Below are positions 25,201 to 37,757 of a stretch of 64,000 bases of DNA, piece after piece; the first letter of the stretch is position 1, and each line of letters begins with the position of its first letter. The notes below the pieces were generated by a model that saw nothing but the letters and a program-made list of their open reading frames with translations, did no database searches and had not been told where the DNA came from. The DNA is from Octopus vulgaris (Eukaryota), in contig OX597815.1 in assembly GCA_951406725.2 (NCBI GenBank), positions 114,204,001 through 114,268,000 on the forward strand. The letters are read 5' to 3'. The position numbers and the translations under genes were made by a program.

Positions 25201-25609
25201 GCCGACATGTCCGCGATGTGAGCGGGGTAGGAAAACCGTCTTGCACGCATTCGTGGAGTGCCCAGAGTTATCGGGACTGATTGCCTTTGCCGAACAACTG
25301 TTGTCAGTGAATGGAAGAGTACAGCTATCAGCGGAGTCTATCATTGAGATTGTGCCATCTCCCTTCCTCAGCAGGGAAAGGAAGGCTTGTTTTTCCTGCG
25401 TAGTAGCCATACTGAACGAAACAGTATGGAAGACGCGTACGAAAGGTATAGTGACAGGTACCTTTGTATCCGGCCAGGGGTTGGTTAACTTTTTTAGTTA
25501 CCACCTCGGTAGTAAGATCAGGCTGGAGAAGAGGTGTTTGTCACGAGATATGTTTGTGAAAAGATGGAAGTCTGTAGCATGCAAGCTGGGTATATTTGGC
25601 ACCAGGTAA
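22240..25609 (+). pseudogene. LINE ORF2 (APE endonuclease, reverse transcriptase, zinc-binding tail), disrupted
   Basis: APE motifs LNVRGL, GGFNA, YLDRIVI, TDHRMV, GPGYWKLN. RT motifs KSPGLDGLPYEFY, NFRPITLLNTELKILAK, KAFDRVDH, VRQECPLSPLLY, AYADD. Tail motif CPRC...HAFVECP. Several frameshifts and stops. Confidence 0.92.
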
Positions 25610-25819
25610 GTGTGGCCGGATCAAGAAGTAAAGGTTCTACTCAGATGGCTGGGTTCCTTGCCCTACTGTGTAATATTAATTTTGTAAACGTTATATTGTA
25701 AATACTGTAGACATTATATTGTAAATACTAAAACGATTTAAGCTACTACACCCTATATGTTTGTCTGTATTTGTATGTGCCCTCTATGTAACGCCTTAAT
25801 GGCGAATTTTCATGAAATA

Positions 25820-25962
25820 AAGTAGCTTGCTTACCAACCACATGGTTCTGGGTTCAGTCCCACTGCGTGGTACCTTGGGCAAGTGTCTTCTACAATAGCC
25901 TCGGGCCGACCAAAGCTTTGTGAGTGGATTTGGTAGACGATAACTGAAAGAAACCCGTCGTA
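25820..25962 (+). mobile_element. tRNA-derived SINE, remainder (B box ggttcagtccc and body)
   Basis: Continues the head at 20300-20336 exactly across the TSD. Confidence 0.88.
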
Positions 25963-27290
25963 TCTTTATATATATAAAACTGAGAATGTGTGTGTGTCTG
26001 TCTGTCTGTCTGTCTGTATGTTTCCCTAAAACTTGAGAACTACACAACCAATTTCATTCAAATTTTACACATGCCTTACTTAGGGTCCGGGGAGTGTCAT
26101 CGGCAGAAAAAAATTTGAACTTTTTGCCTAGGGCGAGCCTACGGCAATATCATATCTTCTCCACTACGATTCCCTAAAACTTGAGAACTACACAACCAAT
26201 TCCATTCAAATTTTACACATGCCTTACTTAGGGTCCATGTAGTTTCATGGGCAAAAAGAAAATGTTCAACTTCTTGCCTAGAGCGAGCCCATAGCAATAT
26301 CATATCTTCTCCACTATTTCAGTATTACATGTTAAAAGTGAAACAAAAATGTTTCTCTATTTTAAATCAGATACTTTCACTTTAACAATAAAAATAATAA
26401 TAACAATTGAATTATATGTAGTAAGTAATAATTAAAATCAAACTAAAGTATAATATAATCGTAACATAACAAAAGTAAAAATAGCAATTGGTATAAAATT
26501 GCATCAATGACTTGAACTTGAATAAGTGGTTTCACATGAATGGGAATAAATTAAAAATAAAATTAGCGTGCAGAAATGGAATAGTCCAGATAGAGCTGTG
26601 CTTTTACATTAGATTATCTGCTAATTAGCTAGCATTAAGTATCTATATGAAGTTTGGCTGTATGTAATATCTGTTTTCTCGAACAGCCGGTTCTACAGAT
26701 TACTGCTGTTGATTTATTTCTTATACATAAAGGACTATAGCTTCAACTGCTTACTGCTTTCTGATTCATCGTAAGGCTTGTTGTTATTATTATTACTGTT
26801 TAACTATTGTTATCACGTTTGTTGGTTCCTCGTAAAGGAAACATTGTCGTGTTGCATTTGTTAAATAATTGTAAACCGTAACCCTCCCCCTTTGGGAGAA
26901 GGAGCTTTGGTTATTGTTTAAAAATTGAATTGTGTCCCTGTTTGGGGAAATTGACAATATTTTCACCGTTTACATGGAAGCATTTTTGTTAGAATGCCTT
27001 CGATAGAAGAAAGTCCAAAAATGAATTTCGCTTCAGCCGTACACTTCTATACAAGGGGGAGGACAAGATCCAATTGATCGAAATTTTGGGGGAAAACTTT
27101 CAAAAACTTTTCCAAAAATTTTTGGGGAAATTTTTCAAAAACTTTTTCTAAAATTTTGGGGAAAATTTTCAAAAAATTTTTCAAAAATTTTGGGGGAAAA
27201 TTTTCAAAAAATTTTTCAAAAATTTTGAGGGAAAATCTTCATCCTTTGTGTTTATTCCAATTCTCCGCATGTTCCTTTATCCTCCTGTAC
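25963..27290 (+). mobile_element. Helitron-like non-autonomous element (5' part) inserted at the SINE tail
   Basis: A|TCTTTATATATATAAAA 5' end followed by (TG)n(TCTG)n; internal ~148-bp tandem duplication (~26023-26315). No clear 3' hairpin/CTAG, so the right boundary is approximate. Confidence 0.55.
27081..27238. repeat. ~30-bp minisatellite (aaattttggggaaaattttcaaaaaatttttc), about 5 units
   Basis: Seen directly. Confidence 0.85.
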
Positions 27291-30200
27291 CATGATTTAC
27301 CACACACACACACAGAAGATTTCTTTCCGTTTCTGTCTACCAAATCCATTCACATGGCTTTGGTCAGGCTGGCACTATAGCAGAAGATATTTGCCGAAGG
27401 TCACACAGTGAGACTGAACCCAAGATCATATGATTGGGAAACAAGCTTCTTAATCACACAGCTTCAGTTGTGCATTATAAACTTTGAAACCTCTAGAACT
27501 GTTTTCATACAGCCAATAAACTACAGATATCCAAACTGAATGCTAACAGCATCGATTTCATCAGACCAACAGAACTTCACTGGCCAGTTGTACTACCTTT
27601 CTCTCTTCTAAATAATAGAAAAATGAATGGGTGAATGATAGGGTACAGATGATCAACTAAGATGTCAACATTTTGTTTCCTGTCATCTGTAGCCTGACAT
27701 ACAGAACAATATAATTTATCACTAAGTGGCAATCGTACTGTAACAAAAATGTTTCATTGTCTTGTAGTGCTAAGTTCAATTCTTCCTACAAATACATTTG
27801 CCTCTGAGAGAGTGTGTCATTTCCATTGGTATCTGCCTCACATCCACTCAATATGGTAACCTGAGACAAGCATTGGCCTATGTACATGTAAAATTAAATA
27901 ATGATTAACTATAAATATAACAAAGCAGAAAGAATTCATTTTATTGTAATTCTGTTAATTTACAATAAAGCTTTAAAATGAAACAAAGTTTTCAAAATAT
28001 TTTTATTTGGAAAAATAAAGATGATTCCTGGTCAATGTACAATTTGATATGAAAAATTTTCTCTCAGAAACTATAACAAATTAGCAATTCTTTTGTGAAC
28101 ATTTATAGAACATAAGAGAAGTGTGGTATGGAATAATGAAGTAAATTATCTTACCATAATGTGTTGTTATAAATAAGCATAGTACATTGATAAATAGGTT
28201 GAATAACCTCTTATTATCAGGTTATAAGGTGAACAGTTTTTTCTAGCTCATCCTGAAATTGTGGTGAGAGAACTGATTGTAGGGTCACATCATTAGTGCT
28301 TCTATCATGACCTAAGCTCACAAGTTTCAGTACTTTGAATGAATGAAAAAGAAATTTCACATGGCTGCTATTGCATATAGCATATGTTCCATCATTCTAT
28401 GGGATCTATTCATTAAGTGGCTAGGATCATCTGATAGCTAAGTGCTTTGGCCAGAAACGGTATGAGTCAAGTAATAGGATTCCTACTTTACAGACTGGTT
28501 ATATGGTATCTTGTCAAGTCAGGAACAGTCTTCCCATGAAAACTGCATCTTAATTGAGTAACCATAATAAAAATATGGAATGTTGATTTGTGAAGGAGAG
28601 TAAGAAATCAACAAAGAAGTTTTAAGGATAAAATCCAGAATTCAAGGTAATCCCTGGGTGTTGGCATTGTCAGCAATGGTTTCAAAAATTAAGAGTTTGT
28701 GGATGATTGCTGCAAGGAGTGGAAAAGTCTAGCATTTCAGACATAGATCCTTTGATAAACAGAGTAATTGTATGACTGTTACTACTGGTGACTGTGTTGA
28801 TGAAAGAATCACAACACACTGGAGTAAATTCACATGAAACTTTTCAGATCCATAAGAGGATTTGAATTTGGTGCTGAAATTAATATAAGTTTTGGCATGT
28901 CTAGATAACTTTTTACACAAGTAACATAGGCTTTTGGGATGTTAACCTGATTTGTCTGTGTCTCTGACAACTCTATGCCTCAATCAGTTTGTACTTCCCC
29001 AGCTAGTTCAATGTTATATGCTATATAAGTATAAAGGTAGGAATATACCAGCTGAACACAGAGGGCAGCCAAGTTGAAATGTAGTCAAAATTAAAACCCC
29101 AATAGAAACATTGTTTTTATACAAAACCATAGTTGTCTACTACTAATATTGTATGACTGGTTCCTTTGTATTGCAAATTAGTTACAAAGACATACTGTAC
29201 AGTGACTATGTAGATGATTTTTTCCAGTTGATAACAAAGGGATACTGTACCGAGACAAACTCTTTGCAGTCTCTTACTATTAAATACTATTTAATAATCA
29301 TATGGCTGAGTTCTCTTCATATTCTTTGCTTTGATGACTTCATTTTGAGATCTAATATTATTGGAACAAACACTCAGATATATAATTAACTCATCAAAGA
29401 AATAACTACATACAATATGTTTATTCTATTTATAAATTAATGAAAAACTTCCTATTGTCTTCGTGTGAAAAATATTTTTGACAGGTTGAATGATTACCAA
29501 AGCTCACTACTGTAATTTCCCAGATTCTGAATAATTGGAAGACCTCTAGTATTCAGTTGATTCTTAAGCTTTTATAACTGGGTGTAACCCAACATTCTTT
29601 CCAGGCACAAAATTACAGTATTTGGTCCAAGACTTAAACTTTAAAATAATTCACACAACTGTGGAATATTAAAGGTTAATGTCACTTAAGTGATGTGGCG
29701 ATGAAGAATTGTAATTTTTCCTACTGTCTATTTGTTGTGTGAATGGTTTTAGAATGAAAATAAATATATTAACACTACTCTTATCATATCTGGGAATTCA
29801 GCTTAGAGCAATAACTTTTATATATATATCCTATTTTTGTTTTCTATAAAAGATAGAAACAGAATGTAATTTTTAAAAAATAATATTAGTTTAATTGAAA
29901 AGTATAAATTATAAATTATGTTTGCTTTAAAAAAAATAAGCAAAGTCAGCTTTAAGAGTGTTTACCTGTTTCCAAGTTATGTTTTTTTTTAAATGTAGGA
30001 AAATATTTTTGAGAATTTACTAAAAATCCTAAGTCACAGAAAATATTTTGTAATTAATTTTGTAATTAATTACTGAATTGTAATTAAATTAATTAAAAAT
30101 TATTGCTTCTAGTAGGATAGGCATAAGGCCAACAATTTTTAAAGGAAACAGTCAATTACATTAACTGAAGTAAATGACTGGTAAAAGACAAAACTAATTT

Positions 30201-30982
30201 GGGGGAGATTTGAACTCAGAACAAAGATGCTCTAATGATTCTTTCAATCCATCACATTCAAAATCCATTAAATATAATATCATAGCCTGTAGTAGCAAGT
30301 ATCATTGCTTTGATTTTCAGATGAGGCCTTTTGTGTTCCTTATGGAATCAATTATTCTTGTGCAAGGCATGGACACTTCCTGTTAAATATTGCCTACAAT
30401 ATACAGTACTTTTCCTTTGTGATAGAAACCAACTTTCTGTGAATATGATTTAAATACTGATATACTGGTGAAAAACAAAACAACAATATATCTGACTGAA
30501 GATGTTGGTTGATGAAAAATATGAATAAAAATAAATGTAAGTAAAATAATATACAAGTTTCATGTTTGAAAATTACATCGTTTTATGAATTTTATGAAGA
30601 TTATGAATTTTATGAAGCTTATGAATTTATCACATTTTCATAGAAAATTATAAACATTTTTCTTATATGTTCAGAAGATTACAAAGTCTACTGCTGTATT
30701 TAGATTTGTATTTTCTCTGAAATTTTTGTAGTTTGTTATATCTTCCAACGCCACAAGTTTGGGTTAACTCATTGTCAACGCCAGTATACTCAGCCCTTCT
30801 AGACCTTGAGCAATGTGTTGTTGACTAAGTTTTCACACAGCCCAGATGTGTGTTAACCAGAAATGAAAAATCTTTCATTGGATTCAGAACAGTCTTCTTT
30901 TTGTCTGATGAAATTCTGGAACAAAATGACTAAGGAAACTTAGAATCAGGCAAATTAATAATTTCTTTGGAACCTTTTATAG

Positions 30983-31162
30983 TCATGACAAAGAATGACT
31001 GAAACTGTGAGAACATATTTGAGTAATCATCATTTCTGAATAAATCGCATTAATTTCTCCTTCTACATGGAAAGTTCGAGATTGATAATCTTCTTCTTGG
31101 TCTGATTGAGAATGAGGACATTTCTTATGGCATTTTTTCTTCTGTTTTTTTAAAGTTACAAC
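30983..31162 (-). CDS. CPED1: CPED1 last coding exon (VVTLKK...FHVEGEINAIYSEMMITQICSHSFSHSLS*)
   Basis: Acceptor ctcag|GTT, phase 0; resembles the human CPED1 C-terminus [20 protein letters not shown]. Confidence 0.88.
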   Translation of the reverse strand, partial: VVTLKKQKKKCHKKCPHSQSDQEEDYQSRTFHVEGEINAIYSEMMITQICSHSFSHSLS

Positions 31163-31223
31163 CTGAGAATATTGAAAATAATATACAATGTTTAAAAAAA
31201 TGCATAGAGTAGTAGTATGTGTA

Positions 31224-31261
<38 letters not shown>

Positions 31262-31264
<3 letters not shown>

Positions 31265-31458
31265 GGAGAGTTCACGAAAAAAATAAAGGACGAAGACAGG
31301 TGGTGTAGAAAACAAACAGATGTATTAGTATAACGCTCAGGAATTGAAAAAGTCTTTTACGTTTCGAGCCTACGCTCTTCTACAGAAAGGGACACAGAAA
31401 AAATCAAGGAGAGAAACAAGGAGAGAAAAAAAAAATGTGTGTAGTGGCTACCGATCTA
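31262..31458 (-). mobile_element. Short Penelope-like element in (TA)n with a variant minimal hammerhead motif
   Basis: Minus strand 31389-31354 reads cttt CTGTAGA a gagc gtag gctc GAAA cg T A aaag; flanked by TA repeats. Confidence 0.6.
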
Positions 31459-31495
31459 TCATATATATGTATGTATATATGTATATATACACACA

Positions 31496-31529
<34 letters not shown>

Positions 31530-31534
<5 letters not shown>

Positions 31535-32533
31535 ATTGGGCAATAAACTGTGCTTGCAAAGACCTGTTGAAGCATGTGAAGTCATTGTCATGTCTGATGC
31601 CAGTACTGCCTGACTGGCCCCACGTTCGAGTGTGGCTGTTGCCACCTGACTGGCTCCTGTGCCAATGGCATATAAAAAGTACCATTTGAGTGTGGCTGTT
31701 GCTAGTGCCGCCTGACTGGCTCCTGTGCCAGTGGCATATAAAAAGCACCATTTGAGTGTGGCTGTTGCTAGTGCCGCCTGACTGGTTCCCATGCTGATGG
31801 TATGTAAAAAGTATTATTCAAGCGTGGATGATGCCAGTAGCACCTGACTGGCCCTCATGCTGATGGCATGTAAAAAGCACCCACTACACTCTCAGAGTGG
31901 TTGGCATTAGGAAGGGCATCCAGCTGTAGAAATCTTGCCAGATCAGATTGGAGCCCGGTGCAGCCTTCTGGTTTGCCAGTTTTCAGTCAAACCTATTTCT
32001 TTACTACCCACAATGGGCTAAACATAGAGGGGACAAACAAGATCAGACACACGGATTAAGTCGATTATATCGACCCCAGTGAGTAACTGGTACTTATTTA
32101 ATCGACCCCGAAAGGATGAAAGGTAAAGTCGACCTCAGCAGAATTTGAACTCCGAACATAATGGCAGACGAAATACCACTAAGCATTTCGCCCGGCGTGC
32201 TAACGTTTCTGCCAGCTCACCGCCTTTTTTTTTTTAAGTCGATTACATTGACCCCAGTGCATAACTGGTACTTTATTTATCGACCCCGAAAGGATGAAAG
32301 GCAAAGTCGACCTCGGCGGAATTTGAACTCAGAACGTAATGGCAGACGCATTTTGCCCGGCGTGTTAACGTTTCTGCCAGCTCACCGCCTATGTTTTCAG
32401 TCAAACCATCCAACCAATGCCAGCATGGAAAGCGGACATTAAACGATGGAGCCTGGTGTGGCTTTCTGGCTCGCCAGCCCTCAGTCAAGCTGTCCAATCC
32501 ATTCCAGCAGGGAAAGCGAACATTAAATGATGA
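31530..32533 (+). mobile_element. (GAT)n-tailed SINE with internal ~62-bp tandem repeats, interrupted by another SINE
   Basis: Repeats of ...aaaagcaccatttgagtgtggctgttgctagtgccgcctgactgg...; 3' end ccaacccatgccagcatggaaagcggacattaaacgatg. Related copies at ~34190-34420 (-) and 61754-62200 (-). Confidence 0.7.
31994..32392 (-). mobile_element. Dimeric tRNA-derived SINE nested in the previous SINE
   Basis: 15-bp TSD gttttcagtcaaacc at 31979-31993 and 32393-32407; two heads ggcggtgagctggcagaaacgtta with B box gagttcaaattc. Confidence 0.85.
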
Positions 32534-33372
32534 TATATATATAAACATGCATATAATATTATTGTTCTTTCTCATAAAGTATATAGAACTGCTTAAGAAG
32601 TGCTCGGGTCGAGCCTGAGACAAAAAATAAGAATTAAGATATAAACTCAAAAGAGGCAATCAACTTTTTATACATACTCATACAGTTATAAATTCAACTT
32701 AAATTGCATTTATATATATTAATAGATATCAACATATATGAATATTTAAAAAAGATTTCTAAAAATTTACATATATATAGATATTCATTTAAATACATGT
32801 AAATAAAACCCATGTGGGATATATATATGGAAAGAAGTGTGAGAAAAAGAGAACTGATAAGAATAATTTTCGTACTAAAATCAAGAGCAGTTAAGAGTTT
32901 CAATTATAAGATCCATAGATTTCAATGTGTCTTTTTAAAAATATATATAAATGGCATGTAAGGTATATAATACAATTTGAGGAAGTCCACTCTCTATGGT
33001 TGTTTCTAGAGTTCATATCCAGGTAGGAAAATTAATAGAAATCTTACAAACCATGTGGACAATGTCCCCTTCATCAGTAAAAATATCCTCATAAAATCAC
33101 ATTCTTGACAATTTTTATATACCACACACGCATACATATATATGTATATCACAATATATATATATACCCTGCTAACAAAGATCAGATTCTTTCCCTAAGT
33201 ATGAAAATTCAACTTGTATCTAATTGTATCTAATTAACAAATTAATTCAAAATCTTAAGCACCTAGTGATAATATCAGGCATAAATATTTAAAAAAAAAA
33301 TTTTTAAAGCAGGAAAAGAAAAAAGAAAAATTTTAGTTGCTTGTTTTCAAATATTTTTTTGGAACCACTTAC

Positions 33373-33519
33373 TTTGTGAAAGTGACAAGCACATTGTCCT
33401 TGTAAAAAGTCCCTATATCGACTCATTGTCATGTTGAATGTCTCAACCACATGGAAACCATTTTGTCGGGCATAATTGGTGAGAATAGAATTATGGGAAA
33501 GCAGTTTCTGTTGTTCTTT
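33373..33519 (-). CDS. CPED1: CPED1 exon (KEQQKLL...GFHVVETFNMTMSRYRDFLQGQCACHFHK)
   Basis: AG/GT boundaries, 147 nt, phase 0/0; resembles human [29 protein letters not shown]. Confidence 0.93.
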
Positions 33520-34430
33520 CTGGAAACAAGAAGAATAAAAAAAATCGGTTGTAAAGGACTGAACACACCCAAAGACATATAAATATGTACACAGGCATCT
33601 AAATATACATAGACATAGATACACACATACACACAAAGATGCAAGCATTATAGATTTTACTGTTCTCTGTTCCATACTGTAAATCCTTTCTAACTACACC
33701 CCCAGCCAAAAGTGTAATGTAGTCCAAGACATACATCTGAAAGAAACAAAATGGTCACAGTATACATCTGAAAGAAACAATATGGTCAATGATTATAGAT
33801 CTGCTTGATACAGGGCTAAATAACAACAAAACAAAAAACACCTCCAACTATCTAAAGGGAAACAAAAAATCAAGTATCAAAATGTTCCTGAACATCACTG
33901 CCTCATCATACTGAAATTTTACTAAATCCAGAAAAAATACAACACAAATACAAAACCTAATTTGGATGGGTACTACGTTCCCTCACACTGTTTAACACTC
34001 CACCTGGTCCTTATGTGACTTAAGAGGAGTTAAATCAATGTAAGCATTTGTACTATGTGTCTGGTTAGATGATGATTCAAGACCTTGATCTGCTGCTTTC
34101 TACTGTACTTTCTCCAGATTATAACCACTGTTTTGTTAGAAAGTAGATGTGATTCTTCAGTGGAGATCTTGGGACATTACCCATCCTTGAACGGTAATTT
34201 TTACGTGCCAACAGCAAGGGAGCCAGTCAGGTAGCACTGGCAATGATCACACTCAAATGGTGCATTTTACATGCCACCAGCACGGGGCCAGTCAAGTGGC
34301 ACTAGCATTGACCATGCTCAAATGGTGCTTGTTATGTGCCACCAGCACAGGTGCCAATCAGGCAGTACTGTCATTGGCCACGACAACTTCACTTGCCTCA
34401 ACAGGTCTTCATAAGCACAGTTTACACACA

Positions 34431-34487
<57 letters not shown>

Positions 34488-35905
34488 TTATATACCCACA
34501 CACACACATATACAACAGTTTAGCTAGGTGTAAAATACACCTAAGGAATATTAAATATCTGAAGAATTTACTGGTTTAAAGGACCTATATTAATAACAAT
34601 GTTACTCTAATAGGTAAATAAAATAAACATATCTCATTCTTATATAACATCTTTGTAAAAATTCAGAAATTATAAATGTTTTCATTTGATATTTTTCATC
34701 AAATATTTAAGAAGATATGTCAATCTGATGAAGCATCATTACACATTTAAATGGATTTGATTATTCGTGAAAACATCGTTTTATTAATGAAGTGGAAACA
34801 GCTGTAATTTATGAAATGTGTCATTTGTTTGTATAAAATATTTAAATTGGATTGAATTTATAATTGTTCAATTTATTATTTTGTTTTTTCATTTCTGATT
34901 TATATTTATATGCATATATATACATTACAGTTGCATCCTCATTACACAAGAAAAGCCATTGCCAAGAAGACTTACTGAAATGATTCATGATTGTTGCAAT
35001 GTGATGCCCTTATATGAATTTTAAGCCCAGCCAAGCTTTTACACATTTTATTACATACTAGACATCTGTGCTAGTCTAGACACATGTTAAGAGAGTGCTA
35101 CTACATGTATTCTCTTAACATGTCTTTTTAGACCTCCAGCTGAGAGGCACACCTTTCCACATTTTACGCATCATCTGTTGTGAATTTTAATAGTCATATC
35201 ATTGTTTATCATGGGTCGATTTCAGGTAAGTGTTGGTGATGGGAAGAACATCTGATCATAAAATCAGCCTCAAACTCATTACCCAAACCCATGGTAGCTT
35301 GGAAAAATGAAGAGTAAACAAATGTAAAACATAAACAAATGTATAAAAGTATTCACAAATTTATGAATATGTACATAAATAGACGTATATAAATATATAT
35401 ATATATATAGATATAGGCATTGTCATGCGGTTAAGAAGTGTGCTTCTCAAATCATGTGGCTTCAGGTTCATATCTGCCTGAATGTGTTTAGAACAAACAT
35501 GCTAACCATTATTTTGACTCTTGCTGATCCCTGTGCATATATCAACATGGTTCAGCAAACAATTTGCTGACTGATATTATAAATGAGACATTCATCTCTT
35601 TTTAAATTCATTAGTCTGGGATGCTTCTGGCTGGTGAGACATCATGTCAAAACACTGGCATCCTAGAACACATGTTAAGAGAGTGCTACTACATGTATTC
35701 TTACACTAACAAATTGAGTGTTATGAATACATATTTATCATAAAGGAGAAATTGCTCTCCTGTGAATCAAAAATAAACAGCAATTTGTATATTTACATAT
35801 GAATCTGCCAGAATATATTAAGAATAAATATGCAGGTCGTCATTTTTCAATCTTGGTGTTCACTATGCATATGATGGTTTATTATATATCATACATATAT
35901 ACATA

Positions 35906-37160
35906 TAGTGGGTCATCCCATAAATAATGTGGTTTTTTACATACTTCTTTTATTTTTCCCAATTAAGATGAACAAAGTTCTTTTTTAATCTAAAATATAC
36001 TCTCCTTCATTTTCTACACTGCTTTTCCATCTATCTAGTAAACTTGCAAGGCCCCTCCTCCAAAGTTCACTTGTCTGTGATGAAAAATACTCCTCCAGTA
36101 CTGTTCTGACCTTGTCTACAGAATTCATATTTTTTTCCATCCAAATGATTTTGAAGACTGTGGAATAAATGATAATCAGATGGGGCAATGTCTGGTGAAT
36201 ATGGTGAGTGGGGCATCATTTCCTATTCAAATTGCTCCAGCCTTTGGAATGTCATCTTCACTGTATGTGGCCAAGCATTATCCTGATGAAAGAACACCTT
36301 TCATCTTAAAATCAAAGATGGTCATTTTTCTTCTAGTGCTCACTTAAGTTGCTCAAACTGTTCCTAGTAGATTTCCTTTGTTATTGTTTGGTTTGGGCTT
36401 AAAAGTTCTTATACCACCAAATAGATAACAACACCTTATGTGGGTGAAGACCTTCTTTAGCTGGGAGTGCCAGTGTTTCTCCTTTCCCTACCCACAGTAC
36501 TTGACATTTTTACAGAGAACTCATTTCTCAATTCCAGTCACTATTTGGTTGAATAAAGGTTTCTCAATTCCAGTCACTATTTGGTTGAATAAAGGTTCAT
36601 TTGTGAGACATGACGGCAAAGAAGAGCTCACATTCACTCTCTGCACATGATTAGACTTAGAAAGTTGTCGATGAATTATTGAATGACCAAATCCAAGCCT
36701 CTCTGCTAATTTCTCAACAGTAACGATGGGATTTTGTTCCACCAGGGTTTGCAGGACATCCTCATTGAGCTTTACAGATCTTCCAGGATGAAGGTCATCT
36801 TTTAGGCTGTAGTTTCCAGTTCAGAATTTCTGGAACCACCGTTGACACTGGCTTATGCTTATTGTCTGATCCCCATGTACTGCATTAATATTCCTCACAC
36901 TTTCTGTTGTGTTGTTGCCTTTATTGAACTCATAAAGCAAAATATACCGAATATGCTCCTTTGTCACTTCTATTATAGTTTTGAAAAAATAATTGTTAAA
37001 ATCAAACTGCATTCTTCAAAATTTGCACTAAGAATAAGTACAAGGTAAAATTACTACCTGCTTTTATAGCAAGTTGATGCAGGTAGTTTATCCCATCTCC
37101 CCTCTGACTGTTAGTTCATGCTATTGAAAACAACTGCATTATTTATGAGATGATCCAATA
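35906..37160 (-). mobile_element. Near full-length decayed mariner transposon
   Basis: TIRs tagtgggtcatcccataaataatg / cattatttatgagatgatccaata. Transposase pieces KEHIRYILLYEFNKG...QRWFQKF, IVTGIEK, PYSPDIAPSDY, RRGLASLLDRWKSSVENEGEYILD*. Confidence 0.88.
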
Positions 37161-37240
37161 TATTATGAAAACATGGAAAAGAAAATGTTAAAACAAAGAC
37201 AATATATATATATATATGCGTGTATGTATGTATGTATGTT

Positions 37241-37757
37241 ATGTCAGGTCACTTTCGAGTGCTACTGGTAACATGTAACCAGTACAACCTGTTGCATGGT
37301 CGGGCTGTCGGCGACTAAATCGGCAACCCCACCAAGCTTTCTTGGTGAGGAAGGTGTTTATTGGACACCCTGCAGGATGAAAAACAAAACCCGTCAAAAG
37401 GCGGAGGAACTCTTGAGAGTCAACAGCCATCCAATAAATGCCTTAAGGCTGTATCATGCGCAGGGACATAGAAATAATCGGACTGAATACCTGATCATGC
37501 AGTTAAACCATTGGGAGTGAAGGACTCCTAGCCTTTGTTAGGGCATCCTTCTAGGAGAAGGTAACTCAGGTAACTGGGATAACTCTGATATAAAACCTGC
37601 GGCTCAGTAGTTACCGATGATGTTAACTTGTTCTTCTTTTTGGATTATGACTGCTATTGCTTAGTGAGTGGGATTGACTCAGTGCACAGCCTTTCCTCAC
37701 TTTAAAAAAAAAATCTTCTTGCACAGGCATTGCACAATAACGAGGGGGCAGCCACCA
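37241..37757 (+). mobile_element. Non-coding RTE-derived element (5'-UTR-like body plus RTE 3' terminus) in (TATG)n
   Basis: Contains tagggcatccttctaggagaaggtaactc (RTE 5'-UTR-like motif). The 3' end ataacgagggggcagccaccatgtat matches the RTE terminus at ~16391-16416. Confidence 0.55.

Larger units (their letters stand above)
20337..25819 (+). mobile_element. Full-length, decayed Tx1/L1-clade non-LTR retrotransposon
   Basis: ~590-bp 5' UTR; ORF1 with a CCHC knuckle; ORF2 with APE, RT and C-terminal Cys motif; higher GC than the flanks; 15-bp TSD aagtRgcttgcttac at 20322-20336 and 25820-25834. Confidence 0.92.

Noticed and set aside
27081-27238. CRISPR-like periodicity
   Set aside because: Tandem units without unique spacers, in eukaryotic DNA.
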